Source of the DNA: Carcharhinus longimanus
Lineage: Eukaryota
Assembly (NCBI GenBank): GCA_030264375.1
Contig: JASCQW010000098.1
Span: 35,711,418-35,775,417, forward strand
Reading direction: 5' to 3'
Length of the DNA: 64,000 nt
How positions within the stretch are numbered: position 1 is the first letter of the stretch; every line of letters begins with the position of its first letter. Position numbers and translations under genes: made by a program. Shown here one piece after another: positions 25,881 to 39,519 of this stretch. The notes beneath the pieces were generated by a model. It saw nothing but the letters and a program-made list of their open reading frames with translations. It had not been told where the DNA came from and ran no database searches.

Positions 25881-26569
25881 GTGAATGTGCCATTGCAATA
25901 CTTATCCTTAAAACATTATTCCAGATAAGTTACTTATGAGGCAGGTTCCACAATTGCCCTTGATGTCATTAAACTCTTCTCTTTCACAATCTCAAATACT
26001 TCCAAACTTATTTGTTGCTCAAAGTGGAACAGTTCAGTTCTAAATTGAATCCTTCCTGCTTGTGACCCATTCACTTCCTGCACTGTAATATTACACAGGC
26101 CATAAAATAAATATTCTTGTTTGGATTTCAAGGTGAAAGAACGTAAGCCAGCAGCATTTTGGCTGTGACTATAATTGAGGGAAAAAACTAACAATCTTTG
26201 GTGGAGAGAAAAGAAGAGATCAAATAGCACTAGATGAAGGATGTAAAAATCAATGACAGTGGTGGAATTGTAAAACTTGTTTCTGATAAATTGCAGATTT
26301 AATTTTGTAGTTTAGCTGGAAGGGCAATGTAACAATCAATTAGGGTTTGCACCATGGTGGAACAGCCTTGTATTTTTGTTGCTTATTATCAGTAATTCCA
26401 TAGCAACAACATTATGTTGCATTAACCTCATGCTTTTGGTTTACTCACTATGATTCCAGCCCATTTGATTCCAGAAGCTGTAGAACTTACTTGGAGGATT
26501 TCAAGTTCCTTGAATTGACCCATTTTGCTTCTCCATGTTATTATAATCATGATACGTTTTTATAATTTA

Positions 26570-27360
26570 GGATTGCAACAGGATCTTGATCAATTGGGCC
26601 AGTAGACTGATGAATGGCAGATGGAGTTTAATTTAGATAAATGCAAGGTAATGCATTTTGATAGATCAAACCAGGGCAGAACTTACTTGGTTAATGGTAG
26701 GGCAATGGGGAGAGTTATAGATCAAAGATATCTAGGGATACAGATTCATAGCTCCTTGAAAGTGGAGTCACAGGTGGACAGAGCGGTGAAGAAGGCATGC
26801 TTTGTTTCATTGGTTAGAACATTGAATGAATGAGTTAGGACGTCTTGTTGAAGTTGTATAAGACATTGGTAAGGCCACACTTGGAATACTGTGTACATTT
26901 CTGGTCACCCTATTACAGAAAGAATAGATTTACTACCGGGACTTGATGGTTTAAGTTATAAGGAGAGGCTGGATAGACTGAGACTTTTTCTCTGGAACTT
27001 AGGCTTAGGGATGATCTTGTAGAGGTCTATAAAATAATGAGATGGGCATAGATCAGCTAGATAGTCAATGTCTTTTCCCAAAGGTAGGGGAGTCTAAAAC
27101 TGGAGGGCACAGGTTTAAGGTGAGAAGGGAGAGATACAAAAGGGTCCAGACGGGCAATTTTTTTCACATTCAGGAACAAGCTGCCAGAGGTAGTAGTAGA
27201 GGTGGGTACAATTTTGTCTTTTAAAAAGCATCTGGACAGTTTAATGGGGAAGATGGGTATGGAGCGATATGAGCCAATTGGGGTTAGCTTAGCGGTTTCA
27301 AAAAAAAGGGACAGCATGGACAATTTGGGCCGAAGGGCTTGTTTCCATGCTGTAAACCTT
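26570..27360 (+). mobile_element. CR1 3' region
   Basis: LQQDLDQL..W.MEFNLDKCKVMHF; LYKTLVRPHLEYCVHFWSP; CR1 3' UTR. Confidence 0.9.
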
Positions 27361-27649
27361 AATGCTCGAAAGCTCTATTTAGTAAAGGGCACTGTAGAAC
27401 CGAGTGCTTAAATGGCAGATCCAAGCATTTCAAAGATGGACGCTGGATCCCAATAATAATGTATTGAACAGTTCCCTAGAGTACTTCTGATTGCAATGAA
27501 AAATCATCAAACACATGATATTCTTTTATCAAATCAGCATTGATGCATTGCTGGGAAGAGCTGAAGCAACTTTGTACCATCCCTGTATGCAATGTAAATT
27601 AGGTTTTGAAAAAAAAGCTGAAATTTTCCCCAATTTTGATCCTAATCCT

Positions 27650-27783
27650 GGGTAAATTTTCCAGTCCCACACGCTGCAGGAATCATAGGTGGGACAGACA
27701 ATTTGATGGACTAGTTAAATGTCCATTGATCTTGGAAAGTAATTTCCAGTCTCACAGCAGGCACAACTAAAAAATCACACTCC
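27650..27783 (-). mobile_element. Harbinger-type MITE, old copy
   Basis: GGGTAAATTTTCCAG TIR; GTCCATTGATCTTGG core in reverse. Confidence 0.55.
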
Positions 27784-27904
27784 ACATGTTTGAGTCTCGA
27801 AGTGTGAATACTTTATNNNNNNNNNATCAGCCGCGGAACTATGTGACACGAACGTTGGAATTCAATTATTACAATGGTGCCTCATCTAACAAGCTGAATC
27901 CTCC

Positions 27905-28685
27905 CTTTTTTTAATTGTTATGGGAGGTGGGCATTGCTGGCTATGCCAGCATTTATTACCCATCCCCAATTGCCCTTGAGAAGGTGATGGTAAACTGTCT
28001 TCTTGAAACACTGCAGGCATATGGGTTATGTATACAGTTGTGTATACAGGGAGAGCGTTCCAAGATTTTGACCCAGCAAGAGTGAAGGAATAGCAATATG
28101 TTTCCAAGTCAGGATGGCGAATGGCTTGAAGTGGAATGTCAAATTGGTAGTATTTCCATGCATCTGTTGCCCTTGCTCATCTAAATGATAGTGGTTGTGA
28201 GTTTGAAAGGTGCTACCTAAGGAGGTTTAGTTAGTCCCTGCATCTTGTACTTGGTATAGACAACTGCTTTTGTGCATTGATGATAGAGGAAGTGAACATT
28301 TATGGAAGGGATCAAGTGCGCTGCTTTGTCCTGGATGGTGTTAAGTTTCTTAAGTGTTATTGGAGTTGCACTCACCCAGGCAAGTGGAAAGTATTCCAGC
28401 ACAAGACTTGTGCCTTGTAGATTGTGGGTTAGCTTTGGGGAGTCAGGAGGTGAGTTACTAACCACATGATTCCTAGTCTCTAACTTTTTCTTGTAGCCAC
28501 AGTAGTTATATGGCTAGTCCAATTCAAGTTGTGATCAATGGTAACCACAGGATATTGATCATGGGAGTGTTCAACGACAGTAATGCCATTGAATGTGAAG
28601 AGGAGATGGTGGGGCTCACTATTTGCCTGTGTGATGCAAACGTTTCTTGTCACTTGTCAGCCCGAGCTTGGATATTGTCAAATCT
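27905..28685 (-). mobile_element. L2/CR1-group LINE 3' region
   Basis: LEYFPLAWVSATPITLKKLNTIQDKAAHLI; tail GGGCAATTGGGGATGGGTAATAAATGCTGG plus A-run. Confidence 0.85.
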
Positions 28686-29649
28686 TGTCCCACATTCCAA
28701 TCCCATGGTCCAACTGACCAATTGATCACCCACCCACTCTCTCACTAACCCACCAATCCTTGACATCTTTAAAAACTTTCTGAATAAGGCTGCCATAAAA
28801 GTGAATGCACCTTTGATGCTGCTTCCCTTAGCTAATTTTCCCTGGATCACTGCACCAAGCTTCACTGTTCCAGTTGTGATCAGAAGTCCCAATTGGAAAG
28901 CTGCAAAAAAGTCGGTGCACAATGATCTGAGCGTCACTGCTTTTGGGAGATCTGACCCATCATTTCTTTATCTTCAAGAAACACTTGAAGGATCCTTTAT
29001 GTGGCAGATTAATGCGGAGGGGGGGGGGGGTGCGCAGGGGGGAGTCCATTCATAAAATTAGATAATCAGAAAGCAAAATATATGATAATGTATGATAAAT
29101 ATATATAATTATTTCTGCTGCAGATTTTGCAAAGAGCATTATGTGCCTGGAATATTGCCATTACTCACTGTTGTTGACAAGCTCACTACACAGCCTAAAT
29201 GCAATTTTTGTTGGAATGGCCACAAAAATTCTACAATGATGTTACTTCTGACAGGCAACTGTTAATGAACACTGCTCGAGGAAACCAACAAAAGACTCCA
29301 GGCTGTTCTAATTAGACTTATGATGTATGTACACTGCTCTGGCACAATATCTTGCAAATTTGTATTTTGTGAATTAAAGCCTGTTAACTGTCCTTCTGCA
29401 TTAAAATTTTCAATCTTTCATTAACTTAGCGAGCTGTCTCTATTCTGCTATTCCCCTCTATTTCCAGCCATTGCTTTTTGCCCCCTGAGTGTATCTATAT
29501 ATCAAGACTTCCTTTCCAATGATCTTGACTGTTCTGAACAGCTTCCCCATACCCAGACCAGAAGCAAGGACCTGAGGAATGGACTTTGAATGAGTTGCAA
29601 TCAAATGTTGCAAGTGTATCACTTCAATCAACCGATAGAAAGAAGCAAC

Positions 29650-30340
29650 TTGTATCAAACCTTGCAATAGGTCAGGATCTCTCACCACATTTTACAGCCA
29701 ATCAGATACTTTTATCTTTGTGCCTGTTGTAATGTAAGGAAACAGTAGCCAATTTGTGTACAAAGCTCTGTAAATAGAAACTGATTAAATATCAAGTTAA
29801 TCTGCTTTAGTAATGTTTCTCACAAGACAAATATCATTACCAGATATTCAAAGAACAAAGAACAAAGAACAACCCAGCACGGGAAACAGGCCCTTCGGCC
29901 CAACAAGCCCGCGCCGCCACNNNNNNNNNNNNNNNNNNNNNNNNNNNNNNNNNNNNNNNNNNNNNNNNNNNNNNNNNNNNNNNNNNNNNNNNNNNNNNNN
30001 NNNNNNNNNNNNNNNNNNNNTCTTCAATACCCCCTGTAATCCACGGCTCTCTGATCCTACCTTTCCCATCCTTCCGCTTAATCGGAACATACCTCCCCTG
30101 CAACCATTTCATTTTGCCCTTAAAAGCCTCCCACTTGTCAACCGTAGACCTACCAGCTAACAGTCATTCCCAATCTGTGTCCTGCAGCTCCCTCCTAATC
30201 CTGCTATAGTTCGCCTTTCCCCAGTTCAGCACACTCCCGTTCTGGAGATGAAGTAATCACATTCCTAGACTTGAACATTGAATCAACAATCTTCTAACTC
30301 AAAGGCAAGAATTCAACCTCTGAGATAAGCCTGGCACCTC
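29650..30340 (-). mobile_element. SacSINE1/Deu-like SINE split by a CR1 (29850-30238)
   Basis: TTTTACAGCCAAT..TGTTGTAATGTAAGGAAAC..CAATTTGTG Deu-like block; the CR1 has a (CAAAGAA)n tail and YVPIKRKDGKGRIREPWIT. Confidence 0.65.
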
Positions 30341-31099
30341 AAATAATACCTCAGACCTTTGGAACTCGAGAATATTACAAAGTTCCTCTTAAATCAAAGG
30401 TGAATGCCATCATAACATGTTATCAGAACCAGGAAGTGAGTTTATTTCTACTGTGACTTGTTCCTCTCTGCGATCTAAAGGTTTGCCACCATGTATAAGG
30501 CAATGATAATGTGATATTTACACTTTCAATAACTATGTTCCCTCTCAGCTACTTGGGTGTCTGGGTACAGGGAAATTGCAAAGATATTGCGTGGCACAAT
30601 AAACAGGCCACGCACAATCAACATTCCTTTTAAGATACACACATGGTGACACAGAAACCTTGAATATTCTTTGCAGTGGAATAAATTAGCTGTTTTCAAC
30701 TTGATAGTTTCTTCTACTTGACAACACCTCAATCCAAAGTGGCAATTGGTTCAAGCCATTATCCCGCATAACTTGTACTCCAACAGTTAAACCATAATAA
30801 GTCTATAGAGATTAAATTGGGCTTTACGTGAGTCATTTTTTTGTATTTGTAATGGACAGGTCATGACTGGTGAATTTGTTTTTTATTGAAGTGTTCATTA
30901 AAGTAGTAAACAGAGGAAAGTCTAGGAATGCTATTTGCATGGACTTCCAGAAGGCATTTGACGAATTTTGGAACTTCACTCTGCAGTGTACAATCTTAAT
31001 CTTGCATGACTGAAAATATATAACCACATGAAGGAACCTCCACCATACTATTTAAGTGAATCATCAAATACATGCAAGTCAGACCATTAAATTTCTTCC

Positions 31100-32012
31100 T
31101 GTGGTTATGAGAAACCCCAGGTGGGGTTTCACAAAAATTGTTGATCTGGGTAAGACCCTCAAGTTTTTAGTGTAGTTGGTTTCTGCTGGTGAACAGTTGA
31201 TACTTTGGCTCAGGTGTCCTGTAGTGTGGTAGATTGGTAGAGATTTCAGTTCTATTCCAGTTGTGATCTTTTTTACTAGCTGATCAATTTTCAGAAAGAG
31301 AGTGTTTTAGATATTCCTGCAAAAGCTGGCTGTCTTTGTAGGGCCCCTGCTTTGGTTATCATATTCTCTTCAGTGTGGCAAACTTTCAACTGTTTTTCTT
31401 ACTGAACACTGACTGACAATCAGAACAGCACAGGCTGCTAACAAGCAGGGTTTTAAGCCCCAGAATATGTCTTGTAAGAGGATCAGAATATACTAGCCTG
31501 TCTAGGCCATTATACCCATGGTCTTGGAGATGAGAGGGCCATTATGTCCCTTTGTCTTTACTAGAGATGGTAATCTGTCTTTGGGTGGTGTTACAAGTGC
31601 ATTGTCTTGAAGCACAGGGAGAGGTTCCTTAGAGAAACCCTTTGCAGTCATTCCTGTCAGTGTTGTACATTCTTAGCCAATTTCAGTGTTTATGTTCATT
31701 TTTTAAAACATAAACTCAGGTCTTTTTCAAAGTCCAATATCTCCTTGTATAATTCCAGGTTGTTTTCTCCATGTCACTGCCCTGCTATATACAGTATATA
31801 GCTACATACTGACTTTTCCTGCCACCTCTAGACATGTGTCTGGAGGGTTTCCTGTCCCTTTGAGATTACAGGGCCTCTCTCCTCCTTTCTACCTTTTCCA
31901 GAAAGATCTTCAGTTCATGCCTGTAAATTTTAATGCACACATTCTCCCATGGTCATCCACTGCTCCATCTTTCACAGCATAATATTCAGAATGATTACAG
32001 CACCCCATAATA
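31100..32012. mobile_element. Solo LTR-like element
   Basis: Begins TGTGGTTATGAG and ends near CCCCATAATA; left part resembles 33751-33900. Confidence 0.45.
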
Positions 32013-32225
32013 TGCCTTCCCTTTAAAAGCTGCAGGCTAGCTTTAAGTTATTCTAGATATTAGGCTTCCTGTTGATGTGACCAGCCAATCAATAACATGG
32101 TGCATGCAGCAATCACAGCCAACACAAAGTTGGCATCCTGCCTACAGTGCAATCAACGGGTAAAGTTTAATCATGCATCATGATCCCTGCACTGTGTTCT
32201 GAAGCTGTCCAATTTAACCCTCAAT

Positions 32226-32372
32226 GTAAAACAAGAAATGCTGCAAATGCTCAGTAAGTCTGGCAGCATTTATATAGAGAGAAATAGATACTTAAAGATA
32301 TTGGCCAGACCTGCTGAGTGTATTTTCTGTTCTTTTTCCAAAATTGCCAGCATCTGCAGTATTTTATTTTTG
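32226..32372. mobile_element. Collapsed palindromic Penelope-type element
   Basis: AAATGCTGCAAATGCTCAGTAAGTCTGGCAGCAT / GCCAGACCTGCTGAG..CCAGCATCTGCAGTATTTT. Confidence 0.6.
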
Positions 32373-33477
32373 TATGAGCCTCTGTGTTTGTGTGTTCTCA
32401 ACTGCGCATTAAGGAGATCTTATTACACTTTGTAACCGACTGCACGCTATTCAGCAGTACTGGCATTCTATTATTAGATTGCTCTTTTTCCCTATGCTTG
32501 CTTAGATGAGTCCACATCTTAAATATGGACCTGCCTCAGAAAAAGACTGATTTGTATTTTATTTACAGTAAAATCAAATCTATTTACTGAGTTCAGTTCA
32601 ATATATTTACCANNNNNNNNNNACACTTCAAAAGAACTTGACTGGAAGTCCCTTTCAGGCACCCTAAGTCATGAAGACTGCTCTACAAAGTCTTTCTTTC
32701 TACATTGCTGAAGTTATAGATGCAATGTACCATAATCGCTTGAATTTATGACAACATTCTAAACCCTAGCGAATACCTTGAGATTGCTCTCAATGAGTTA
32801 TTCAGTGATAAGATGGATATTATACCATGTCATATAAAATATATTATTGCAAAGTTGACATTTTTGGCACCACTCATGGATAAAACACAAGTTTGCAATA
32901 TGCCAGGCATTAAAATGTTCCTACATTAAAGAAAAATGTACTTTTAAGTCTAGACATGTTCCACTATTACTTTAACATTTAAGTACATTCAATCAAAATC
33001 TTAAATATAGTGCTTTCTGACAGAATGACATATGTTTGAATTAAATTGAGAAGAACTATATCTACTTTAAGAATATCCATTTTTAGTTCTATTTAAAAGG
33101 TGCCAAGGCATTATTCAAATAAGAGCGAAAGAGTTTTCCGTGTTGGGGTTTGTATTTATAAAACTTCATGTATAGCCCAGGTGACAGACATCTGTGCAAC
33201 AATCACGCTGCACTCCCAGGTTGTGTGCTGAGAGCCCATTTATCTCTTCCTGCTGCAAATTTCTACATGAGATTTGAAAGGCTGAAATCTGCTTTAAACA
33301 TTTTTTCAGAGCAAGTAACAATTTCATGCAGCAATGTGCCACATCCTTCAATTGTGTTCAGCAAAAATAGATGGAAGTCATGAGCTTGATGATTAAAGGA
33401 ACAAAAAAGCAAGTTTCTTGGACAAAGGGTAAAGGGGGCAAAAGACGTAAATCTGATGGTAGATTTTCATTATTCAA

Positions 33478-33750
33478 ATATGTCCAAGCTTAGGTAACCA
33501 CATCTCCATCCGTGGATCCTCTCCTGACCGAGTCTGGTGAGGTCAATGTGAGTGTCCACAGAACTGGCAATTCATGTTGTTGTTGGTGCTTGGGGGATCT
33601 TTTGTAGCTGTGGCCCCTCTGGCCTTCCTCTGGGCATGTTGGACATTGTGAGTTTGGCATGGTTGGTCCTCAGAACATACCCTAGCCAAATTTAAGTGCT
33701 TACTTCTACAATAGCCAATTAGCTGCAGTATACTTCCAGGAAAGGTGGTC
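33478..33750 (-). mobile_element. Gypsy Gag zinc-knuckle remnant
   Basis: NCQFCGHSH (33546-33572) followed downstream by KLGHI. Confidence 0.5.
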
Positions 33751-34321
33751 TGCAATAGGGTCCCGGACCAGAACCCCAGGTTACATTAGGAAGCCATTGC
33801 TAGACCCCAACAATTTTTCTATTTTGGCGTAAATGTGAGAATAGAATATTTCTTTTCTGAAATGATTCCACTGCCAAAGTAGGAGACTTTTTTAGTGAAA
33901 CTTTATTTAATAATGCAGTTTAAATATAACTGTAATAAATGAAGCAGCACAACCATTGACAGTTGAATAATATTTAACAATGAAAGTAAGCAACTTTACT
34001 TTCTATCTTCTGACTGTTCCCCTTCCAAGTAAGCCCTATTCTTTTATGAATTAAATCCATATTTAAATAAATACAGCTAGCAAACCTAGGCATATTTGCT
34101 TTCAGAGAGAAAGCTGCAAAATCATTTTAATTTTAACCAGGCTTCAGCTGTGACTAACTACTTTCTACAAAAGTTTTTTGTCTCTGCTATTGACCCAGCT
34201 CTGTCCATTAACCACACTATCACATGACCCTGTCAATCTCACTCCACTCAGAAATCCCAGGGGAACTTAAGTAATCAAAAGTCCATTAGCCTGACTTAAA
34301 ATAAACACGTGCAAGGCTGTG

Positions 34322-35150
34322 TTTTTGGTTTGATTTACTATTGTCACATGTATTAACATACAGTGAAAATTATTGTTTCTTGTGGGCTATACAGGCAAAC
34401 CATACCGTTCATAGAGAAGGAAATGAGAGTGCAGAATAGTGTTACAGTCATAGCTAGGGTGTAAAGAAAGATTGGCTTAATGCAAGGTAAGTCCATTCAA
34501 AAGTCTGACAGCAGCAGGAAAGATGTTCTTGAGTTGGTTGGTACGTGACCTCAGACTTTTGTATCTTTTTNNNNNNNNNNNNNNNNNNNNNNNNNNNNNN
34601 NNNNNNNNNNNNNNNNNNNNNNNNNNNNNNNNNNNNNNNNNNNNNNNNNNNNNNNNNNNNNNNNNNNNNNNNNNNNNNNNNNNNNNNNNNNNNNNNNNNN
34701 NNNNNNNNNNNNNNNNNNNNNNNNNNNNNNNNNNNNNNNNNNNNNNNNNNNNNNNNNNNNNNNNNNNNNNNNNNNNNNNNNNNNNNNNNNNNNNNNNNNN
34801 NNNNNNNNNNNNNNNNNNNNNNNNNNNNNNNNNNNNNNNNNNNNNNNNNNNNNNNNNNNNNNNNNNNNNNNNNNNNNNNNNNNNNNNNNNNNNNNNNNNN
34901 NNNNNNNNNNNNNNNNNNNNNNNNNNNNNNNNNNNNNNNNNNNNNNNNNNNNNNNNNNNNNNNNNNNNNNNNNNNNNNNNNNNNNNNNNNNNNNNNNNNN
35001 NNNNNNNNNNNNNNNNNNNNNNNNNNNNNNNNNNNNNNNNNNNNNNNNNNNNNNNNNNNNNNNNNNNNNNNNNNNNNNNNNNNNNNNNNNNNNNNNNNNN
35101 NNNNNNNNNNNGTTTCATCATTGTTTGAGATCCAACCCACTGCGGTGGTG
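34322..35150 (-). mobile_element. Rex1/Babar LINE, mostly in a gap
   Basis: TAVGWISNNDE and KRYKSLRSRTNQLKNIFPAAVRLLN; GATTT tail. Confidence 0.85.
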
Positions 35151-35191
35151 TCTGACGTGACTAATTATCCTGCTCTCCTCCCAGACATATT

Positions 35192-35317
35192 AAGTGGGAT
35201 TTTCCAGCCTCACTCATTTCAAAACCAGAAAATCCCACCCGAGGTCAATGGACCTTTGAATGGTTTGCCTTTGCCCACTACGATTCCCATGGCAGGCAGG
35301 ATGGGAAAACTCACCCC
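35192..35317 (+). mobile_element. Harbinger-type MITE
   Basis: ATT|AAGTGGGATTTTCC...GGAAAACTCACCCC|ATG. Confidence 0.75.
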
Positions 35318-36394
35318 ATGACTGCCTGTAACATAAAGCTGAATTTTAAATATTCTGCTTGAACATCAAAAAACTATACATATCAATTGCACTACTATTA
35401 TCATGGCTTGTAAGGTGAATTCCAAGCCAATCTTCCAAGGGAAACTGTGTCAAGGTAAGGAGATCAGTATAAATGAAAGCATGGAATGAAGGGAGAAAAC
35501 AAAAAGAGTATTCCAATCTAAGTTGAAACTCTAATATACATGATATTTCTTTCTATTTATTCACTTGTAATAGATTCATAATCAATATCAATCATTACTA
35601 GGGTGCCCTGTGCAGACACCTGCAAATACGAGAAGTCAAGGGTCCCCAGATAGGAAGGCATGTAACACCCGAGTTGCTGTTAAATGCTGGGAGAACTGGG
35701 TTGTTGAGTTTATTGATCAATGTTGTAAATTAGTTCAAAACTGCAGATTTATTACATGATAAATTTTATTTTTAGGAGTGTATTTTATGATGGATGGGCA
35801 GCAAACCACTCAACAGCTTTTGGCAACATCGTTTAGAGATTTGATTGATTGCTTCTGTATCATTAGCTGCTCTTTAAAAATAGATGCTTTTATGAAGAGA
35901 TTTTGTGCTTTGTTTTACAGATGATGGGTTAGGGTTGGGCTCAAATCTCCCATTTGATTTTTGAAAAAGTAGCATTCTGCATGCACTTGCCAGATGGGAA
36001 TACTTTAATTATTTTTATCGATTATCTGATATTTCTTGTAACCAACATTAAGATATTGCTCAAAAATGTCTGTGATTGCCAAGCATTCATTAATCTTTTA
36101 GTAAAAATTTCACAACACAGAAGCCCATATTTAAGATAGTAATGATGTCCAAACTGTCAAGAGCTTCCAGTCATTACTCTTCTGAAACTGGCAGCAACTT
36201 CTGCAGCGTTGGCACGTATACTTACATCGTCCTGTATAGCAATTCAAAAATTGCTGTCAATGATTTGATGCTGCTCCAAAGATTGCACTGCTGGTGTCCC
36301 CCAGAATGCCATCGATCAAGAGTCACCAAACAGATGAAAGCTTATGCACTCATGCCCTTAGTATTGTTGTAAAGAATTTTGATAAAATTATATG

Positions 36395-36725
36395 TAGTTG
36401 AACTTGTATCCCCTTGTGACTGACCTTTCATTTAAGGGAAACAACTGTTCCCCATCCACTCTGCCCATGCCCCTCATCATCTTTCCTGTACACCTCAATC
36501 ATGTTGCTTCTGTCTTCTCTGCTCTAATGAAAATGATCCAAGCCTATCCAACCTCTCTTAAATTAAATGATCCATCCTATGCAATATCCGGTCAATCTCC
36601 TTAGCACCATCTTCAGTGCAATCAAATCCTTCTTATAATGCAGCGAATAAAACTGCACACAGTGCTCCAGCTGTGGCCTCACCAAAGTTCCATACAACTC
36701 CAACATGATGTCCCTGCTTGTGCAA
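36395..36725 (-). mobile_element. CR1 3' fragment
   Basis: LYGTLVRPQLEHCVQFYS. Confidence 0.75.
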
Positions 36726-36730
36726 TCTAT

Positions 36731-37352
36731 GTAAAAAGTCTGACAACACCAGGTTTTAGTCCAACCGATTTATTTGATAATAGACTCACAAGCTTTCGGG
36801 TTAGTNNNNNNNNNNNNNNNNNNNNNNNNNNNNNNNNNNNNNNNNNNNNNNNNNNNNNNNNNNNNNNNNNNNNNNNNNNNNNNNNNNNNNNNNNNNNNNN
36901 NNNNNNNNNNNNNNNNNNNNNNNNNNNNNNNNNNNNNNNNNNNNNNNNNNNNNNNNNNNNNNNNNNNNNNNNNNNNNNNNNNNNNNNNNNNNNNNNNNNN
37001 NNNNNNNNNNNNNNNNNNNNNNNNNNNNNNNNNNNNNNNNNNNNNNNNNNNNNNNNNNNNNNNNNNNNNNNNNNNNNNNNNNNNNNNNNNNNNNNNNNNN
37101 NNNNNNNNNNNNNNNNNNNNNNNNNNNNNNNNNNNNNNNNNNNNNNNNNNNNNNNNNNNNNNNNNNNNNNNNNNNNNNNNNNNNNNNNNNNNNNNNNNNN
37201 NNNNNNNNNNNNNNNNNNNNNNNNNNNNNNNNNNNNNNNNNNNNNNNNNNNNNNNNNNNNNNNNNNNNNNNNNNNNNGTGGGATTGTGTTCGGTGCAGAC
37301 TCGATGGGTCGAAGGGCCTCTTTCTGCACTGTAGGGTTCTATGATTCTATGA
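36731..37352. mobile_element. Penelope terminus (36731-36805), gap, HE1 SINE tail (37278-37352)
   Basis: AAAAAGTCTGACAACACCAGG..CACAAGCTTTCGG; GATTCTATGA tail. Confidence 0.65.
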
Positions 37353-38749
37353 GAATTTGAAAAATGGCCCCTCGGCCATTTGAAAATCATGTCTGATGTA
37401 AAAAAAATGTGCAAAAGGAAAGCTGAATCAAATGTAGATGCCCTGCTGCAGCAAAATCTGGGACAATATATTTATCCTATACATGTGGAAATAGTCTAAA
37501 CAGAATGATGCAGTTCATGTATCTCCTGCAAACAAGAATGTATTTTTTTTTGGATCATTTTTGGGAAGTGAGTCATTTACAAGGCCAGAATATGATGCCC
37601 AACCTGAGATTCTAGTGTTAAGCCACCTTCTTAAAGGTTTTGGAGTGGGCGGAACTTTAAGATAGTGTCCAAATAAGCAAGAACATAATGAAAGACCAGA
37701 ATGAAATAAAAGTTTTGCAAGTCATTGAACAAACATCAGATCACAAAGCTGAAGCATTCTGAGACAGCACAGGAAGAGATTCCAGTCTACCACATTCTTT
37801 CCTTAATTGCGCAAATAAACCATTTACTGCATAAAACTTTATTTACTCCCTCTCCCAGTCATCTTGGAAGCAGTCAGTAATGCAGGTTATTAGATAGAAT
37901 AACAAATAAAAAGACACTCATTTTATTTCCAACATTGCCTAATCTTTCAGGCATTATGGCTGCAATTGGTGTTGCTACACTTTGATCAGACTAATCAGAC
38001 TGGGATGCAAAAGATTTAACGAAACTTAGGCATGTCTGAACATCTGTGGTCACAAAACTAGACTACCTTATTGGAAAGCTTTACCCACGGTCTAAATAAT
38101 TCTTATCTGCCGCATGTAAAATGTAATAGCACAATTATGTCCCACAAGGCGGTTATTCCAGAAAACAGCCCTGAACAGACTACATTATTATCATAATGGT
38201 GTAATAGTTTTATGAGTAGAATCATGGATAGCTAGGAATGATTACATGACAGCGATATAATTGAGGGGTGTGCAGAGAATGATGGATACATGGGAGTGAT
38301 TATGATTACAAGCATCTGATTTAATCAAGGAGTTTCAATGACATTAAAACTTATTAAAAGTTTTGTTTGGTAGGTTGCAACTATCAAAAGCCAATGATTA
38401 GTGCACTGTATTTAATTTGGGTCTTTCTGTCATTCAAACAGATGTTTAAGAGGGAAGGTAATGAGTATTTGAAGATTGTAAAATGTTTTCAGAGGATGAA
38501 TCAGAAAGAAAGAATTAGTATTTATAGAAAGTCTTCTGTGACCTCAATGTAGCCCAGACATCGTCACAGCCAGTAAGTAATTTGTAAGCATTATTGTTTG
38601 ATAATGAGTCAATTTGCACAGTTCCAGGGCCCATAAACAACAATAAGATACATTTCCACATTGCCTGTTTTATGTGATGCTTGTTGAGGGAGAAACATTG
38701 GGCAAGGGATGAAGAGTGCATCTCTGAATGATGCTGTTAGAATTTATGG

Positions 38750-39055
38750 GGATTTGATCTTGCAATCAGGGAGAGAATGTTTCCATTGACAAGTAAGTTG
38801 GTAACCAGAAGCAGCAGATTTAAAATAATTGGTAAAGAAACAGGAGTGAAATGTTTTCACACAGAGGGTGTTAAGATCTGGAGCACAGTATATTTGCAAA
38901 GCTGATACAAGCAGATCCTATAGGAAATTTCACGAGGCAATTGAACACGTACTTGAAGATTTGCTGGGATATGAGGAAATGCTTGGGGTCTGCAGAACAC
39001 TTTCAAGGGGCCAGCACAGGCATGGTCTGCTTCTATGTTGTAGATTTTATGATTC
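38750..39055 (+). mobile_element. CR1 3' fragment
   Basis: AGAATGTTTCCATTG..GTTTTCACACAGAGGGTG..GATTTTATGATTCTA. Confidence 0.6.
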
Positions 39056-39519
39056 TAGCTGAGGTTATGTTTATTTTTACTGGGCCAGGAAATTTACAAC
39101 TATTCACAAACCATCCATGGTCCATGCCAAATTGGCATTCCCCTATCCCGGAATCACATGCAAGGGTGTTGAAAGTGCCTAAAGAATGAGATTAGGGAAG
39201 GATATGCTATCAGAGGGGATCATTCTATCATAGAGACAATGAGACACATTGCAACGGTTTGTGGAGTAATTTCTACATTCGTGACGATACTGCAAACTAT
39301 TGGAAACTTTTGTCACTGGCAACATCCAGGGTAAATATATATATTAAAAATGATGAAACAGGGTTTGGGAATGTCTTATATCATAAAATGACAAAGAAAA
39401 CCAGAAACTGAAATAGTTTGAGTGTACTGAGTGCTCCAATGTTGGTTACCAAGAATTACACCAAACACAATGAATCATATAAGATTAAGGATAGGATCCA
39501 GTTCATATATTATTTTGGT

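Larger units (their letters stand above)
33751..35375. mobile_element. LTR-like element interrupted by Rex1 and a MITE
   Basis: GGTCCCGGACCAGAACCCCAG start; CACATGACC; resumes after 35150. Confidence 0.45.

Noticed and set aside
30549-30635. YLGVW peptide after a CTCAG acceptor as exon or LINE RT
   Set aside because: Short, ends in a stop and has no supporting motifs.
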